A stretch of 58,980 bases of DNA, filler included, from Sphacelaria rigidula (taxonomy: Eukaryota): NCBI GenBank assembly GCA_964200075.2. It is 10 parts of 10 records of this genome, joined end to end, with 100 filler letters (N's around TTAATTAATTAA, not from the genome) between each part and the next. Parts side by side here need not be neighbours in the genome. Positions count along the whole stretch, not along the records: positions 23,633 to 29,440 come from CAXNAA020024302.1; positions 29,541 to 35,348 come from CAXNAA020024303.1; positions 35,449 to 41,256 come from CAXNAA020024304.1; 7 more parts are not named here. One strand, written 5' to 3'. This document shows, piece by piece, positions 23,701 through 36,613 of the stretch (position 1 is the stretch's first letter; each line of letters begins with the position of its first letter). A program made the translations under genes and the position numbers. A model generated the notes under the pieces. That model was given only the letters and a program-made list of their open reading frames with translations, was not told where the DNA came from and made no database searches.

Positions 23701-23901
23701 TGTGCTCGATGCGAACAGCGTAACGCGAATTAATTCCCCTCAACATGCAAACACAGTCGAAAAGTCGCCACAACACAGCCCTGCTCACGTCTGATACAAG
23801 GTGGGTGCGTCATGTAGAAGCAGTTGCACCAACGCGGCATTTTATTGCTATCCCCTCTCTATCCGACTCTTGCCTCGTCGCCTGCTTGGGCTATGTTCCA
23901 G

Positions 23902-24005
23902 CGAGAAGACATGCAACCAGTGCACTCGTTCAAGCTGCGGGGGGCGTACAACAAAATGTCTTCGCTGTCAAGGGAGCAACTCGCCAAGGGCGTGGTCGCT
24001 TGCAG
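23902..24005 (+). CDS. ilvA: Threonine dehydratase (threonine ammonia-lyase), exon containing the PLP lysine
   Basis: [19 protein letters not shown]...GVVAC(S); boundaries cag| and |gtggg. Confidence 0.95.
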
Positions 24006-24534
24006 GTGGGCAACCCCCCCCCCCCCGCCCCGCCCGCCCGCCACCCGCGGGCGCGGCGTCGCGGGGGGGGGGCCCGCCTTCCTGTTTATCGCCACGTCAC
24101 AACAAACCTGCACGTCAGTCACCGCTGCTGCATACTTACAGGTCACTTGATGAACATCGCGGTGTTTCTTGTGCACGTGGTAATGATGTGTGTCATTCTT
24201 CGCTTGTCACGCTGTGCGTGCGCTGCACACCGGATGCGCTCGGTCTCTTTTTTCGTTATACAGAGTTTGGAAGATGTGCTGCACCTGTGTTGTGCACCGC
24301 AGTCCAATCGCAGCTACTACGTACGTGGTCGTTATTATTATTTTTTTGTGGTTTGTTTTCACCACCCGCTTGGTCGTTCGATGCACTGACATGCGATGTC
24401 TTAACTCGTCCCTGAAATGGCCCTCGACCGTACGGTTTGATTGTCGTTGCCGAAACTTTCTGCCGCTCGGGTTGAACTGGACTGGACGATGTTGGCTGCC
24501 GCCGCTGCTGCTGAATTTGACTGCGTGCATGCAG

Positions 24535-24628
24535 TGCTGGCAACCACGCACAAGGGGTAGCCTTGTCCGCGGTGAAGATGGGAATTAGAGCTGTGATCGT
24601 CATGCCTGTCGCCACACCGACGATCAAG
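24535..24628 (+). CDS. ilvA: Threonine dehydratase exon
   Basis: (S)[31 protein letters not shown]; phase-compatible AG/GT boundaries; absent from the ORF track. Confidence 0.95.
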
Positions 24629-25659
24629 GTGATTGTTGCATGTATGTCTTCACGCTTTTGTTAACTTTCATACTCTCCACCCTCAGAATCACGCCACACC
24701 CGTGAGCTCGTGATATTTTTTCTCCATAATATTCCCGCAGGTGTTGGACCCCTTTACGCTGAAAGGTCTCATGACACTTACCGTAGCCAATGTGCGCGTG
24801 ATCGATTTCACGCCCTTAGATGTGGAACGTTGCAATGGTGGTAGGGGTAGGCTTGTGTCCGAGGCTCAGTATTTTTCAGAGCCGTCCTCGGTCTCGAAAC
24901 CGCACATAATTTACCCCTTGGGGTTGTTCATGTGCGATATCAGCACCATCGAGCAAACCGTCCCATTTTGGCCACTACGACAGAGGCATGGTTCCCGGGT
25001 AACAACACCCCCTCCTTTTTTTTTGCGATAGTTTCATGTGAGTCTCTTGTCGCGATCAACTTGCCGCACGGAAAAAATTAAGATGGTTCACGTTGGCATT
25101 CGTTTACGCTACCTCGAAAAATCACCGTGCACGTGTCTGTCATCCACCTGACGTGGAGCTTTGGGGATTTTGATTTCGCCAAGTTGTTGCGACATGTTGG
25201 GGGCGTTGTCATGTGTGGATGAGTCTCACGATTTGAATTCTTGCACGGTAAAGAGCCAAGGACAGCCCTGAGTAGTTAAAAGTATCCGTGTATATTCAGG
25301 GAACTTTCAAGTCTCGGTATGTTACCCTACACTATATCCAATATCCTTTTGGATATCGTGCATTGTATGCGTTCGCCTCTCGACGCCGACTGTTGCATGC
25401 ACGGTCAAGGTTGCACGTGATTTGATCTCGCGCAGGTTGAAAAGGTCTCTCAATATTTGCCGTCCATTAGTCACGGGTGGTCCTGGTCGAATGCGGAAGT
25501 TAATCTTGCTTGCGGCCCTACCCATCCGTCATGTTTTGCTCTTAACCTAGCAAAACCGTTCCCGCCCCACTCCCCACCCCCAACCCGTTCGCACGCACAA
25601 TTTCGGTCTCTGGTTCCCGTCTTGTCATGGGGTGATTTGCATTGACGCGTGTCGTGCAG

Positions 25660-25800
25660 GTGAACGCTGTGCGTAACCATGGGGGTCCAACCGTGAGCAT
25701 TCGGCTGCACGGGAATAACTACGATGAGGCCTCGGACGAGGCGAATCGCCTGGTGGTGAACGAAGGACTGACCCTTATACATCCCTTCGATGACCCAGAG
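25660..25800 (+). CDS. ilvA: Threonine dehydratase exon
   Basis: VNAVRNHGGPTVSIRLHGNNYDEA...IHPFDDPE; 141 bp; cag| and |gtgtgt. Confidence 0.95.
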
Positions 25801-26881
25801 GTGTGTATGGGTGTGTATATGTGTATGTGGGAGAGACAGAGAGAGAGGAGAGAGCGAACACTATCACTACGAGACTCCGTGACTCGTACTATGGATACAT
25901 GGAGCGGCAGGGCTGAAGCAGTGGAATGTTGCTGTTGGTGTAGTGATCCTAGGCACGACGAGAAGAGAGAGGAATCATACACCGTTGACTCTTTGACTGC
26001 CACGATGAATCAATCATCTGGGTCTCACGTTCAGTTTTCGAGAGAGAGAAATTATGCCCATTGAACAGATGACCCACCCTGGCAGCCAAAGGGTTTAACG
26101 TCAGACGAGGTATCAGCAGCCAAACTTTTCCGCAAGGAGTGTCCTGTACGATTTGACAATAGATAACGTCGCCAAAAAGTGTACTGCGTACAGTATAGAT
26201 TATTGCGTCTATTACAATGAACAATATATTCTGCACTGTACGTGGTACACTTTTTGACAATATAATGTGTATGTGATCATCCAGGGTGTGGCTATTTGAT
26301 TGCACCTACAGACGTGCTTCAGATTCGCTTGCTACTATAGCTGCCCTGAAGTAAAAGTACACATCTACGTACTATGGTTTGTGGTCACTAGCCACTTTTA
26401 ACGTCGAGGAGAATGTCGCTCGTACCCGTGGTCGAAGGGTGCCTTTTTACTCGATTCAACGACAAAGACCCTTGATCCTGCTCAATAATTTCCTACGTGA
26501 GATGGCGCATTTGAAGGTTTATCGAGGGTCATCGTCTGGTCCGAGGATATCACTGGTCTTATGCTTTTCTGGAGGCGCACAAGGTAGGTAAAAAAATGAC
26601 AGGTTGACAAGAGGTTGACAAGCTGCTAAATTACAGCGAAACGGATGAACCGCGTACTCGTGTCATCGCCATTCTCTATCCCCGTCTCCTGGGAGTGGAT
26701 GCAGAGTATGCGACGTATTGTTCCCCCCCCCCCCCCCCCCCCCCGAAGGTGCTCCATCTCCAAAGGTGGCAGTCAATGGTCAAATGACTTGGTCAAATAA
26801 CAAATGATTTTACCCCGGCCCCCCATCTCTCGTCCATTTTTGTGGTGGGTTCCATCGTCGTTGCTACCTCGGCGGTTACAG

Positions 26882-27028
26882 GTGATAGCTGGGCAGGGTA
26901 CGGTCGGGATGGAGATCCTCAAGACTCGAAACGGAAAGCCGCTGGACATCGTTTTTGCCTGCTGCGGGGGCGGAGGGCTCGTGGCCGGAATTGCAGCTTA
27001 CATTAAACAAGTTCGACCTGAGGTCAAG
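26882..27028 (+). CDS. ilvA: Threonine dehydratase exon
   Basis: VIAGQGTVGMEI...ACCGGGGLVAGIAAYIKQVRPEVK (tetraglycine loop); cag| and |gtgagg. Confidence 0.95.
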
Positions 27029-28371
27029 GTGAGGTACTCGCTTGCTTGCTTGCGTTTTGTATACTTTTGTTATTCAAGTTTAAATGAGAATTAAATTGTC
27101 AGAGTGATGGTGATGGGTGATAATGATGACCAGCACACGTGTCACAACGACTTTACGTTTCCTTTGGCGTTGTCATCGAATTGCTCGTTTTCTGTTCTTA
27201 CAAAAGTGGCTTCGACAAGGTGATTATTTTGTTGAGAAGGAGAACTGAGAATGCGGGAGGGAACACAAAAATGGTTGCCATGCATGGGCTGTGCGTCATG
27301 ATCTTTATCGTTATTGTTCTCACCGTCTTTTTCTCATTTTGTTTTTGTATCGATAAGACAAGGTCTTACGCTGTGTGTGATCGAGGTAGTGCTCTGTTCT
27401 TGTATTTTTTTCCCGTGCGTTACTTAGTATGCACCTTTTCCTTTTTAAGACGGATATGGGTTTACTTCCTTGTGTCGTCGTATATACAGTACCGTATAGT
27501 GTAGTGTCTCCGGCATGAGGAGCCAACACGGAACGAAATTTGGACCTATCGTCGATGAAGGTCTAGACTCCTCTGTTTTTTTGTCTTTTGCTTTTGCTTT
27601 ACATGCCGTCTGCTTCGGTTGAGTGCTGTGACCGCGACGTGTCCATCTACTAAATCCAATTTATACCGATGCGGACTTTGTTGTGAAGTGATGACGGTTT
27701 GTTTTTGCTTCGCTTTTGCGTGTCCCTGCTCCATTATAAACTCTGGAGTACGGGTACAAGCACCGCTTACTTTTGCACTTACTCGGGAAGATGAATACTC
27801 CGTATTGGAGGCAGTCGATATCCCAGTTTACCACGGGGCACCGTTGCGTACCCTAAGCATCTCTGAACCCTGTCACTGCGATGTGTCGAACTATTCAATT
27901 TATTCCATGCCAAAGAAAATTCGTCGTTACCTTATTTTTAATGCACGAGTTCTCCTCCTGCAGTATAGATTCCAAGAACCGCACAGGCTAAGAATTAAGT
28001 CAACCGTTTTCAACTGCGAGGAGAAGGAAATGCAGACGTTTTTTTCAGGATTGCTTGCAATGTAAATATCTCGAAGATCTCTCGCCAACAACGCGAGCCA
28101 CATCGGAGGGGAAAAAAAAGGAGCAACTCGTGCATGTGCTCAAGTGAACTAACTACACAGTTTCCTGCCAAGGCGTCAGGCAGTTCTTTTGCACCGCTAC
28201 TCCGCGCGCGACTCGAACGCGATCCATTTGGCATCATCACGCGTTGACGCAGGTAAGGCTGCAGGGGATCCGTGCCCTCACTGTGAAAGGATCCCAACGG
28301 CATCCGTCGGCTAATGTACTTTCTCCCGATATCACTCATCACTATATTTTTGTGTTACTAATGCTTGACAG

Positions 28372-28449
28372 GTTATCGGGGTAGAGCCAGAGGACGCGGC
28401 CGGTATGACTCTCAGCACCAAGGCGGGACAGATCATCACGCTCCCCACG
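28372..28449 (+). CDS. ilvA: Threonine dehydratase exon
   Basis: VIGVEPEDAAGMTLSTKAGQIITLPT; cag| and |gtaagg. The gene is partial at both ends. Confidence 0.9.
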
Positions 28450-30282
28450 GTAAGGCTGGTTGTCTGTCTTTAGCACAATAGTCACAAGTGTCAGTGTGGT
28501 ATTCACTCAATCAGGATTTTTTTGCAGACGATTTGTCGCCTTGCACTCGAGAGAGTGAGAGTCGGTAGGCGCCGGAAAAAGAAGCAAGTCGTGATCAGGA
28601 CACATTTCCCAACCTTGTGCTGTCAGAACGATACGGAGTAAACCCCCGTTTATTGAGGGGTGTTATTGACCGTGTATGAAAAAGCACGGTTTATCGACCG
28701 CAGCGCGATGAGAATCGAAAAAAAAGAAAATCTGAAACCACATAATTTTGCATTAAAACTGTCCGCATTGGTGTGGGGAAGCGAAAATATCAAATATCGA
28801 GAACCGGGGGCTGTACACTCGTAGGACCCCCAACGATCGGTGAGTCCGTAATTTGCTCAAAATGGGCCGGAGATTGTTTTTCACGAACTTTGTGTCGGGC
28901 ACTCATATCTTTCGATTCCCAAGCGTTCGGGATCAAACAGAAACCGTGATGAGCGGTGGTAACCGAAAAACCCGAGAATATCGCGTTCAATTGAAGATGT
29001 TTTACATGTTGACCCTGCGAGCAGCATCGCGGGCATGTAGAGCAGATGTCATGCCGAGATCGACGCCAAGTGTTTTTTCAAGTCCATGACTGTAACCTGG
29101 TCCCATGCCACCCCTGTGCTGTAGTAGCAGCGACGACGGTGCGGCCTGGAAGTAGTAGGGTAAACGGCATGGGTGTGTCTGTCATGATATGACACGTCGG
29201 ACGGATCAGGTCGTGACAGATCCGGGTCAGCTCATTTGGGACATCAATCATGATCTGTACGAGGTGTGCTGTCACCCATACATGCTTGTCCGATGATGAT
29301 CTATAGGACCCGCTTGACCCGTACATATTTGCCGAGCGACGAGCTGTACGACCCGGTTCACACACACACTGTTATGTCCAACTGATCTGCAGACCTGTGT
29401 CATCTGTACATTGACATACAGTTGTAATTTGTATAATCCGNNNNNNNNNNNNNNNNNNNNNNNNNNNNNNNNNNNNNNNNNNNNTTAATTAATTAANNNN
29501 NNNNNNNNNNNNNNNNNNNNNNNNNNNNNNNNNNNNNNNNTCCTGGCGTTCGTTGTTTTTTTGTTTTTTTTTTTTATTTTTTTTTTTTCTTCCGTCTTTT
29601 TTATGTCCTCCACCCCCCCCCCCCCCCCCCGCTCCCTCCCTCTCGAGGTCAATGGTCTTATGACTGTGGCATGCGTGACAATGAGTACACACCCACCCCC
29701 CCATCTCTCTCTGACAAGCGATGGGGACGTTTGTTGTAGTCTGGTACACTATATAGATATTCTCCTGCGTACTAGGTCAGCGGCCCGAGCATTGGTTTGT
29801 TATTACCGGGTCAGTCTGGCAACGCTTTTCCTTCACGTGAACGAAAATGGTGGATGGTGTTGAACGATGCAAATGCCGCTGGTTTGATTGTTATTCTTGG
29901 TCAACCGCCCTTGAGTTTTTCTGTGCTCTCCGGTTTTGTCTTGTAGGAAAAATCGTGGCGCTCTCTTTGGTCAGTGTTTTTTTCTTGTTGACCAAGCGTT
30001 ATTAACCTGTTTTTTTTTGTTAATGTTGTAGCTCTTTCCCCGTGTGCCTCTCGTCTTTGTTCACTCCCTTGCCCTTGTTCCTGTTGTGCAATTGTAGTGT
30101 CCGGTCAACGCCCTTGTTAGGCCGATCCCCACCTGGTACACCTATTACATCTATTCCCGCCCTGTCTCCATGCCTCGTCTCTCGTCTCTCCTCGCTCGTG
30201 TTGGTCCTGATGTTGTCCGTTTTGCTTCTATCTGTTCATCCAATATATGCCCGCATTTTCTTTTTTTGCCTCTTTTCTCTAG

Positions 30283-30431
30283 CTTACGGTTTTCAAGAAC
30301 TTGACGAACATCGTGATCGTAACGGGAGACTGGTGGTTATTCCACCAACCTGCTACACCGATGGTAATCGGCAGCATGGCCGTCATGGTCTTCGGGGCGC
30401 TCATCGCATCCTGCAACGACATAGAGTTCGA
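30283..30431 (+). CDS. GDP-sugar (GDP-mannose type) Golgi transporter exon
   Basis: LTVFKNLTNIVIVTGDWWLF...MVFGALIASCNDIEF matches the Vrg4/GONST TxFKN motif; tag| and |gtgagt. Confidence 0.92.
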
Positions 30432-31129
30432 GTGAGTTGTGACCGTCACGTCTACATGTACAGGATCCTGGCTGCTCATGAAATTGTCATGATCCACGTT
30501 CGAAAACGAAAACATCAACTTTCTCCCCTCTTGTTCTTGTTTCTAATCCACAAAATGAAGTGATTCTTGTGTCATCATGCATGCTCCTATAGAAGAACGC
30601 GAGCAATGTGTGATGTTCCTTTCCCGTGTAAAGGATATGTACTGAGTTTGTACTCAAATTGTCATCATCCCCCGTCGAAAACAATATGGCCGCTTCTTAA
30701 TAATCGTGGGAAATTGCGTTTTGACCCATCCGCAACGTTGTTTATCCGAGAGAAGAGCTTGGTGGATTTTGCTTCCTTGGGATGATTCGGTCTACCATCG
30801 GGGAGGATTCTGGCACGCTCTCGCGTTTTTTGGGGCACGCAGTTTGACCTTGAAGCAAAGCGGGGATTTCCGCGATAGTGCTCCCATGAACGATATTTGC
30901 GCGGAAACGTACCAAAAAAGACTTTTTTTCTCATCTTTCGAAAGTTTGACCATCCTTGATATTCAAAGTTTGGTGAAAATACTTCCTGTGGCCACTGGAG
31001 AATGCAACGATTCCCCTGAACGGCTGCGAATCCAGCAGTGGGTCACATGTATATATTAAATTTGTACTGCACTGTGCCGCGTGTGTGTTTGATGATTGTG
31101 TCTGTGTTTGCTGTGGTTGGTGTCTGCAG

Positions 31130-31225
31130 CCCGTGGGGGTACTTCTGGATGGTGGCTAACTGCTGCGCAACGGCGGGATACGTGTTGTATATGAAGTTTG
31201 CCACGCAAACCATCAAGCTTCCAAA
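31130..31225 (+). CDS. GDP-sugar transporter exon
   Basis: PWGYFWMVANCCATAGYVLYMKFATQTIKLP(K) (GYxWMxxNC motif); phases match the neighbouring exons. Confidence 0.92.
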
Positions 31226-31854
31226 GTGAGTGGCGCAGGTCTTGAGATACAGGGCGTTCAGTTTGCGTTCGAACACGGGTACTGTTGTTGGCAACCAATT
31301 ATTTGTATAGGGTACCAAGACACCTCCCTCTGTGATGAAGGAGGTATGTATATCTTTTGGCATTATATCGGTCGCCTGCTGAAGATTACACCGATTTTCG
31401 GCTTGACGAATGTGCCCATGGACGTACGTAACCTGATTTCAAACGCCCCAATCATGCCACGTCCTGGATGTGGCAATCTGGGTCACGCTCGGGTCATACC
31501 CCATGTTTATCTCAATCCTTTCGGCGCCAGGTCTCCTTTCGGAACAATATCTCTGGCCAAACTTTTCCGCCGGTAATCTTGGAGCTATCCCTCAGCAATT
31601 CGTTCCCCTCTTCTTGCGACAACCACTCATGGCACTGTGATGCGTTAATTTTGGTGCCCAAACCCTGATCCATGATATGCCGTTGACTGAAAGCACGTTT
31701 CTTTCGTTTTCCTCCGGTGGGGCAAAGTAGGGTTTTCCTGAGCAGTCTGGTACCCACTGTATTATTATCACCTTGTCCCTTGCCCTTGCTGCGTACGTCC
31801 TTTCTGGCTTCAACTTGGTACTTACTCTCCATCCGGTCATTCCCCATCGTCCAG

Positions 31855-31994
31855 ATTCGGCATGGTGTTCTACAACAACCTGCTGACGACGTGCCTTTTG
31901 TTGCCCTTGGCTTTCGTTTACGGAGACTTCACCACCTTCCTAAACGACCCAAATCTCCACACGAAGACCTACACCTTCATCAACTTCTTTTCAG
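31855..31994 (+). CDS. GDP-sugar transporter exon containing FYNN
   Basis: FGMVFYNNLLTTCLLLPLAFVYGD...INFFS(G); cag| and |gtacat. Confidence 0.92.
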
Positions 31995-32987
31995 GTACAT
32001 GGAGAGCTGCCCGCCGTGTTCGCTAGCAACTATTCTGGAAATGTGTATTTCGGCTGTTATCCTGAAATACATGATGACTTGCCGTTCTTCGGAAGTTTCT
32101 ACTTGTTTTAGTCGTGTATTGGTGGGGTTGGCAACCTTGGCTCAATGGTTGGCTCGGATACATGTCGGGATGTTCCCTGCGAGGCCCATGTTTTGTGTCC
32201 CCCCTTGGATGTCCTTTTCAACTCCTCTCCGTCCTCGAGATGAGACCAAAGTCTGGGGGAATATCAACCCATCCCTCCCTCGGGTACGTGCACTACATTT
32301 TTAGCCTGGCGGAATAATGTAGATGAGCACTCCCGAACAGCGTCGACCCGTGTCAAGTTTTAGCTGCTGCTCACTTCCCTTCCCAAGACATGAATCAGAC
32401 TCTGCGAGACCAGAAAACGTTTCTGTCGGAAATCGTAACGCCTATCCTTCCGACCGAACCGATGATTGATGTAGTCGATGTAGTCGATGTAGTTGATGTA
32501 CAATAACACTTAAATACAGACTACTGAGGCGCAGAGCATGAGCAATTGAAAATGCCTTTGCAGACGCGAGAAGGGTGCCATAGCTTCCCCCTCTACCCTC
32601 CTAAAGATGCGCATATATCATGTTGTGTTCCTCACTAAACAAATCTCCTTGCTTCTGGCGGTGAAAGAGCAGCGAAACGGAGCAGAGTTGAAAACGCAGT
32701 TTCGTGTGTGTACGGGAGGGAGGGTTGCTGGAGTGACGGTAGAGTATGACCGGTACCATAATCTGACGTACACCCATGTATATGCGTTAATAACAGGGCG
32801 TCACGCCCCCTCCCCCCCCTTATCCCCTGGCTTGCATCGACTCGGTGCACCAGCGGGTGCTAGGTAACTGCGCAAGGAATGAGGACGAGCGAGGAAGATA
32901 ACAACATCCTGCTTGTTTCCGTCGCTGCCCTTGTCACTGTCGTATTTGATGTCGTATTGCTGCCCTCTTCGTCTCGTGTCGCAACAG

Positions 32988-33079
32988 GCGTGGTCGGCGT
33001 CATGCTGAACTTTGCGTCATTATGGTGCGTCGGTGCTACATCGGCCACCACATACGCTGTCGTAGGATCCGTGAACGTG
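32988..33079 (+). CDS. GDP-sugar transporter exon
   Basis: GVVGVMLNFASLWCVGATSATTYAVVGSVNV; cag| and |gtgagg. Confidence 0.92.
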
Positions 33080-33217
33080 GTGAGGAAGCGGTACCGTAGG
33101 TCACGTACGTGACCGTGTGTGTCACCGGTACGCTGGATTCCACCCCGCTCCCGTTGCTCTGAATGATTCCGTAGTCATCTCCAGGAGGTGGTTCAACCCA
33201 TCGCTCCCATCATACAT

Positions 33218-33286
33218 GGTCTTCAAAGGGATGCGTGGTCAATGGTCGAATGACTAAGGCAATCGACAAATGAGTACGCCCCCTCG
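33218..33286 (+). mobile_element. LINE 3'-end fragment inside an intron
   Basis: aaagggatgcgtggtcaatggtcgaatgactaaggcaa..acaaatgagtacgcc matches 55845-55905. Confidence 0.8.
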
Positions 33287-34394
33287 ATACATGGACCAAC
33301 ATTTCGGTTGATCGTCGCGGATAGAATCAGCATTTTCGCGGCGCGGCGATATTTCGTCAACTGTCCAGCGTATTTACCCATGTCCTCATTCATCCCAACA
33401 TCGGAAAAGCAAATGCTCAGACCACTTCATGAGGAAATGAAAACAGCTTTGCTTAGAATTGCCTATTTTGGCCCTTCGCCAGCGTATTTCGCGCGCCACT
33501 CTTGAGCGATTTTTTGTGCGCGCAGTTTGAGTTGGGGTCGAAAAATATAACTTCAATCGCAAACATTGCACATTCGTGATATACTTTCTTCGGCCCGAGA
33601 TCGAACCGCGCGAAGTAAACATTCGCGCTTTCGATGCTTTTCGGCTCAAACTCAAGCTGTAGGCAACGAATTGTGCTGGAATCTCCCCACGTAGCTGTAT
33701 AGAGCAGCCATTCCGAGGTGATACTATCCACCTGATTTGTCCGTTTGCGCGAGAAACGCTGCGGGAGGGCGAACAAAATTCACAATTTTGAGCAAGAAGC
33801 ATCTTCGTTCCCGCAACAAGTGCTCTAACCCTCGAGGAAAAACACATCCGCATTCGTCAGTATTCGAATCGGCAACCTTCCGCCCCAAGAGGGTAGGTAT
33901 CCTGTACTACTTACACCCACCTGGGCGGGGGTGGTCCGTGTTGGGGTATGTAGGCATGTGAGTGCGTCACCCCCGCTCCACTCTCGACGTGGCAGTCCCG
34001 CGTGATGGCCTTTGGGGACCTGAACACTCGTCGCCCAAAAGGGGTGGACGTGGTCAAGCACGTGACAGGGTAGGGGTATGTCTGTATCGTTTGATAGTGG
34101 CGGAAGCTATACGTAGAGGTAGATGAGACCTTTGCAGGATATGCTAGAATTGTTTTTCCAGATCATACTTCATTCAGAGAAAATAGTGTCCTTGTGCTCA
34201 ACGTTCTGATATTGTCTTCAGAGTTGGTGTATTGTTTGCAAAATATTCGGTGTACTCTATGTAGCGTCTCATGCCCCATATACTATGGGCACCTCTTTCG
34301 TTTATTCCTCCCTTTGAACGCGGCGTCTTACCGTTTTGGCGAAGAACTCACAAGCGCCTCTCCCGCTGTCATACACACGTGTGCTTTTCCACAG

Positions 34395-34511
34395 ATCCCC
34401 ACGGCGTTAATCGGATACATGTTGTTCAAGTCTAGGATTACCCAATTTACCGCCAATTTCATGGTCGTGAGCATGATAGGAGGCTTCATGTACTCCTTCG
34501 CAAAGATACAG
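34395..34511 (+). CDS. GDP-sugar transporter exon (last transmembrane helices)
   Basis: IPTALIGYMLFKSRITQFTANFMVVSMIGGFMYSFAKIQ; cag| and |gtatgg. Confidence 0.9.
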
Positions 34512-35644
34512 GTATGGTCATCGTCCAGGCACGGGTCGTGTGTGTTGCAATTTTTCTGCGCGAAATATAGATGTTGTGCGATTTTTGGATTGCATGTTTG
34601 AAGTGTTTGTGGGTTGCGAGTTGAGGTCTAAGCAAGGGTTGTATATATTCCAGTTCCGACACCCCACTCAATTCAATCCCTTTCTACACGCCCAAGTTTG
34701 TTGGGGAGGGGGGAGGCGGACTAGTACTCGACATCAAGGTATGGGTGCTGCAAGACGTGATGAGACTCCTGAACATGAAGTTGCTTGTCGTCTTGAACTT
34801 CTATTCTTGTAATCGGATCAAGGATTCCCGTTGTTCGCGCGAGACTTTGGTACTCGTTGACCTCGGGTCGGAAAGGTCGAGTTGATGTAGTCATGAAAAA
34901 TACGATTGAGGCGACTGATAATTGGAATTTCCTGGAGACTGCACCGCACCCCATGGGGAAGGGAGTGGATAGTAAGACATATTCACGTGACCAGTCGTGT
35001 GTGTGCTACTAGTCGGTACAAGTGCAACCTGTGGTCTTGCGATTTTTTTGGGTACAGGAACATGAGCGAGCAAGTACAGGAGACCTTAACGCCGAATGGT
35101 GGGGAAGTCAATCGTTAAATTGTTGGTGTTCCTGTACTGTTTTTTTACCTTTTCCGGGTACTGACTCTGAACGACTCCCCGTCTCCCCCACTCATGGGAA
35201 CGTGTTGATAGTTTCGAAGGATCAGTCCATCTCTCCGTCAGGACTTACTGCTTATTTGTATACGGCAGGTATATGGTGTAGGCAAGACTTGTCTTCTATT
35301 GATTCTCTCTTGTGCTTTTCATTCTTTTCCACCTCTCCCTCTGTCTTTNNNNNNNNNNNNNNNNNNNNNNNNNNNNNNNNNNNNNNNNNNNNTTAATTAA
35401 TTAANNNNNNNNNNNNNNNNNNNNNNNNNNNNNNNNNNNNNNNNNNNNCGGATGGGAGCAGTGTCGGCCCCACGTACACCTCGCCGCTGATATCATACTG
35501 CCGGCAAAGGTGACACATGAGCACACGCGAGGTCGGGGTCATTGGTGAAAGCTACATCTGGTACATCAGATATAAGTCGCGAGTGATCAAATTCGATCCA
35601 GTACCTACACGTCGGCCAAAGACACGGACTAAGGACCGCGATAC

Positions 35645-35856
35645 CTCGAGCAAGTATTCGGTTTTTCCGGGGCTTGCCTTCAACATGCCCGACAGAAGGG
35701 CCTTTTGGAAGGCCCTCTCAATACGGCCCTCAACCTCGGTCGCGAGACCGCGGTTGTGGAGGAAGAGCTCCGTGGGACGATCAAGCTCGAGAGCGACCTC
35801 CGGTAGCTGCGTGCTCTCCACCCCGATCCCCATCACGACATCTCCTGCCAGGGAAC
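35645..35856 (-). CDS. Possible exon of an unidentified protein
   Basis: Coding-like open stretch (GSLAGDVVMGIGVESTQLPEVALELDRPTELFLHNRGLATEVEGRIERAFQKALLSGMLK) after a gcag acceptor; the donor is uncertain (AAG|gcaagc or GAG|gtatcg). Confidence 0.35.
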
Positions 35857-36613
35857 CTGCCCGACGACAGTACGATGATCCCGACGTCATAACAGATTCA
35901 CCACAATCGATCACCGTTAGGAGCACTCTGAATTCGATGACTCCCGCTCGAAGCTTGGCTGAGACTTGTCCCAACATGTATTACCACGCAAGGCACGGGC
36001 AGGGGGGGGGGCTCTCACCGACAGATGCTGTATGTACGTTACGGGGTTGACAGCACTGCATTACTTCGTTGTGTCCTCAAATCTTGTAATAATGTTCAGT
36101 CGTGGCGAGAAAGCAAGGAACCGTGAGTCATTCCCTTGCCAAGAAAGTGCCGTTAAAAATGGCGAATGGATTGCCTGCAGATATCTTTTTTTCTCACTCC
36201 GCGGTGGTGTTCATCTCCAAGGCTTATCGTCGAACCCCCGGGCACTTACGTGCGAGTCGCAAAAGTTGGGAAGACCCATCCCGCCGGGGTGATGCCGAGT
36301 GCCAAGGAGGTGTGGTGGCGACGTAAACGCCTTCGCGAGCCACGACCGCGTGGAAGTCGTCAGAGTGGGAGAAACTAGCCCTAAAAAGTGTTGGCGACAG
36401 CAACTGCCCTGAGGCCGCTCACATGTGGATACAAACACATACACACGCATACCCATACCCGACCCCTGGCATCAATTGGAGTGATGACCGAAAGAGCAGG
36501 CGTATGCACTCTTCCTGCAGCCGCCTGCCGCTTCGCACCGTAATGTAGTGTGTAGCATCATGGTCTGTGTCATACAGCGCACGTCACACTTTAGCGCAGT
36601 CAGCAATGCGGTA

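Noticed and set aside
23633..35348. ilvA and the GDP-sugar transporter as a gene cluster
   Set aside because: They are on different contigs separated by an artificial linker.
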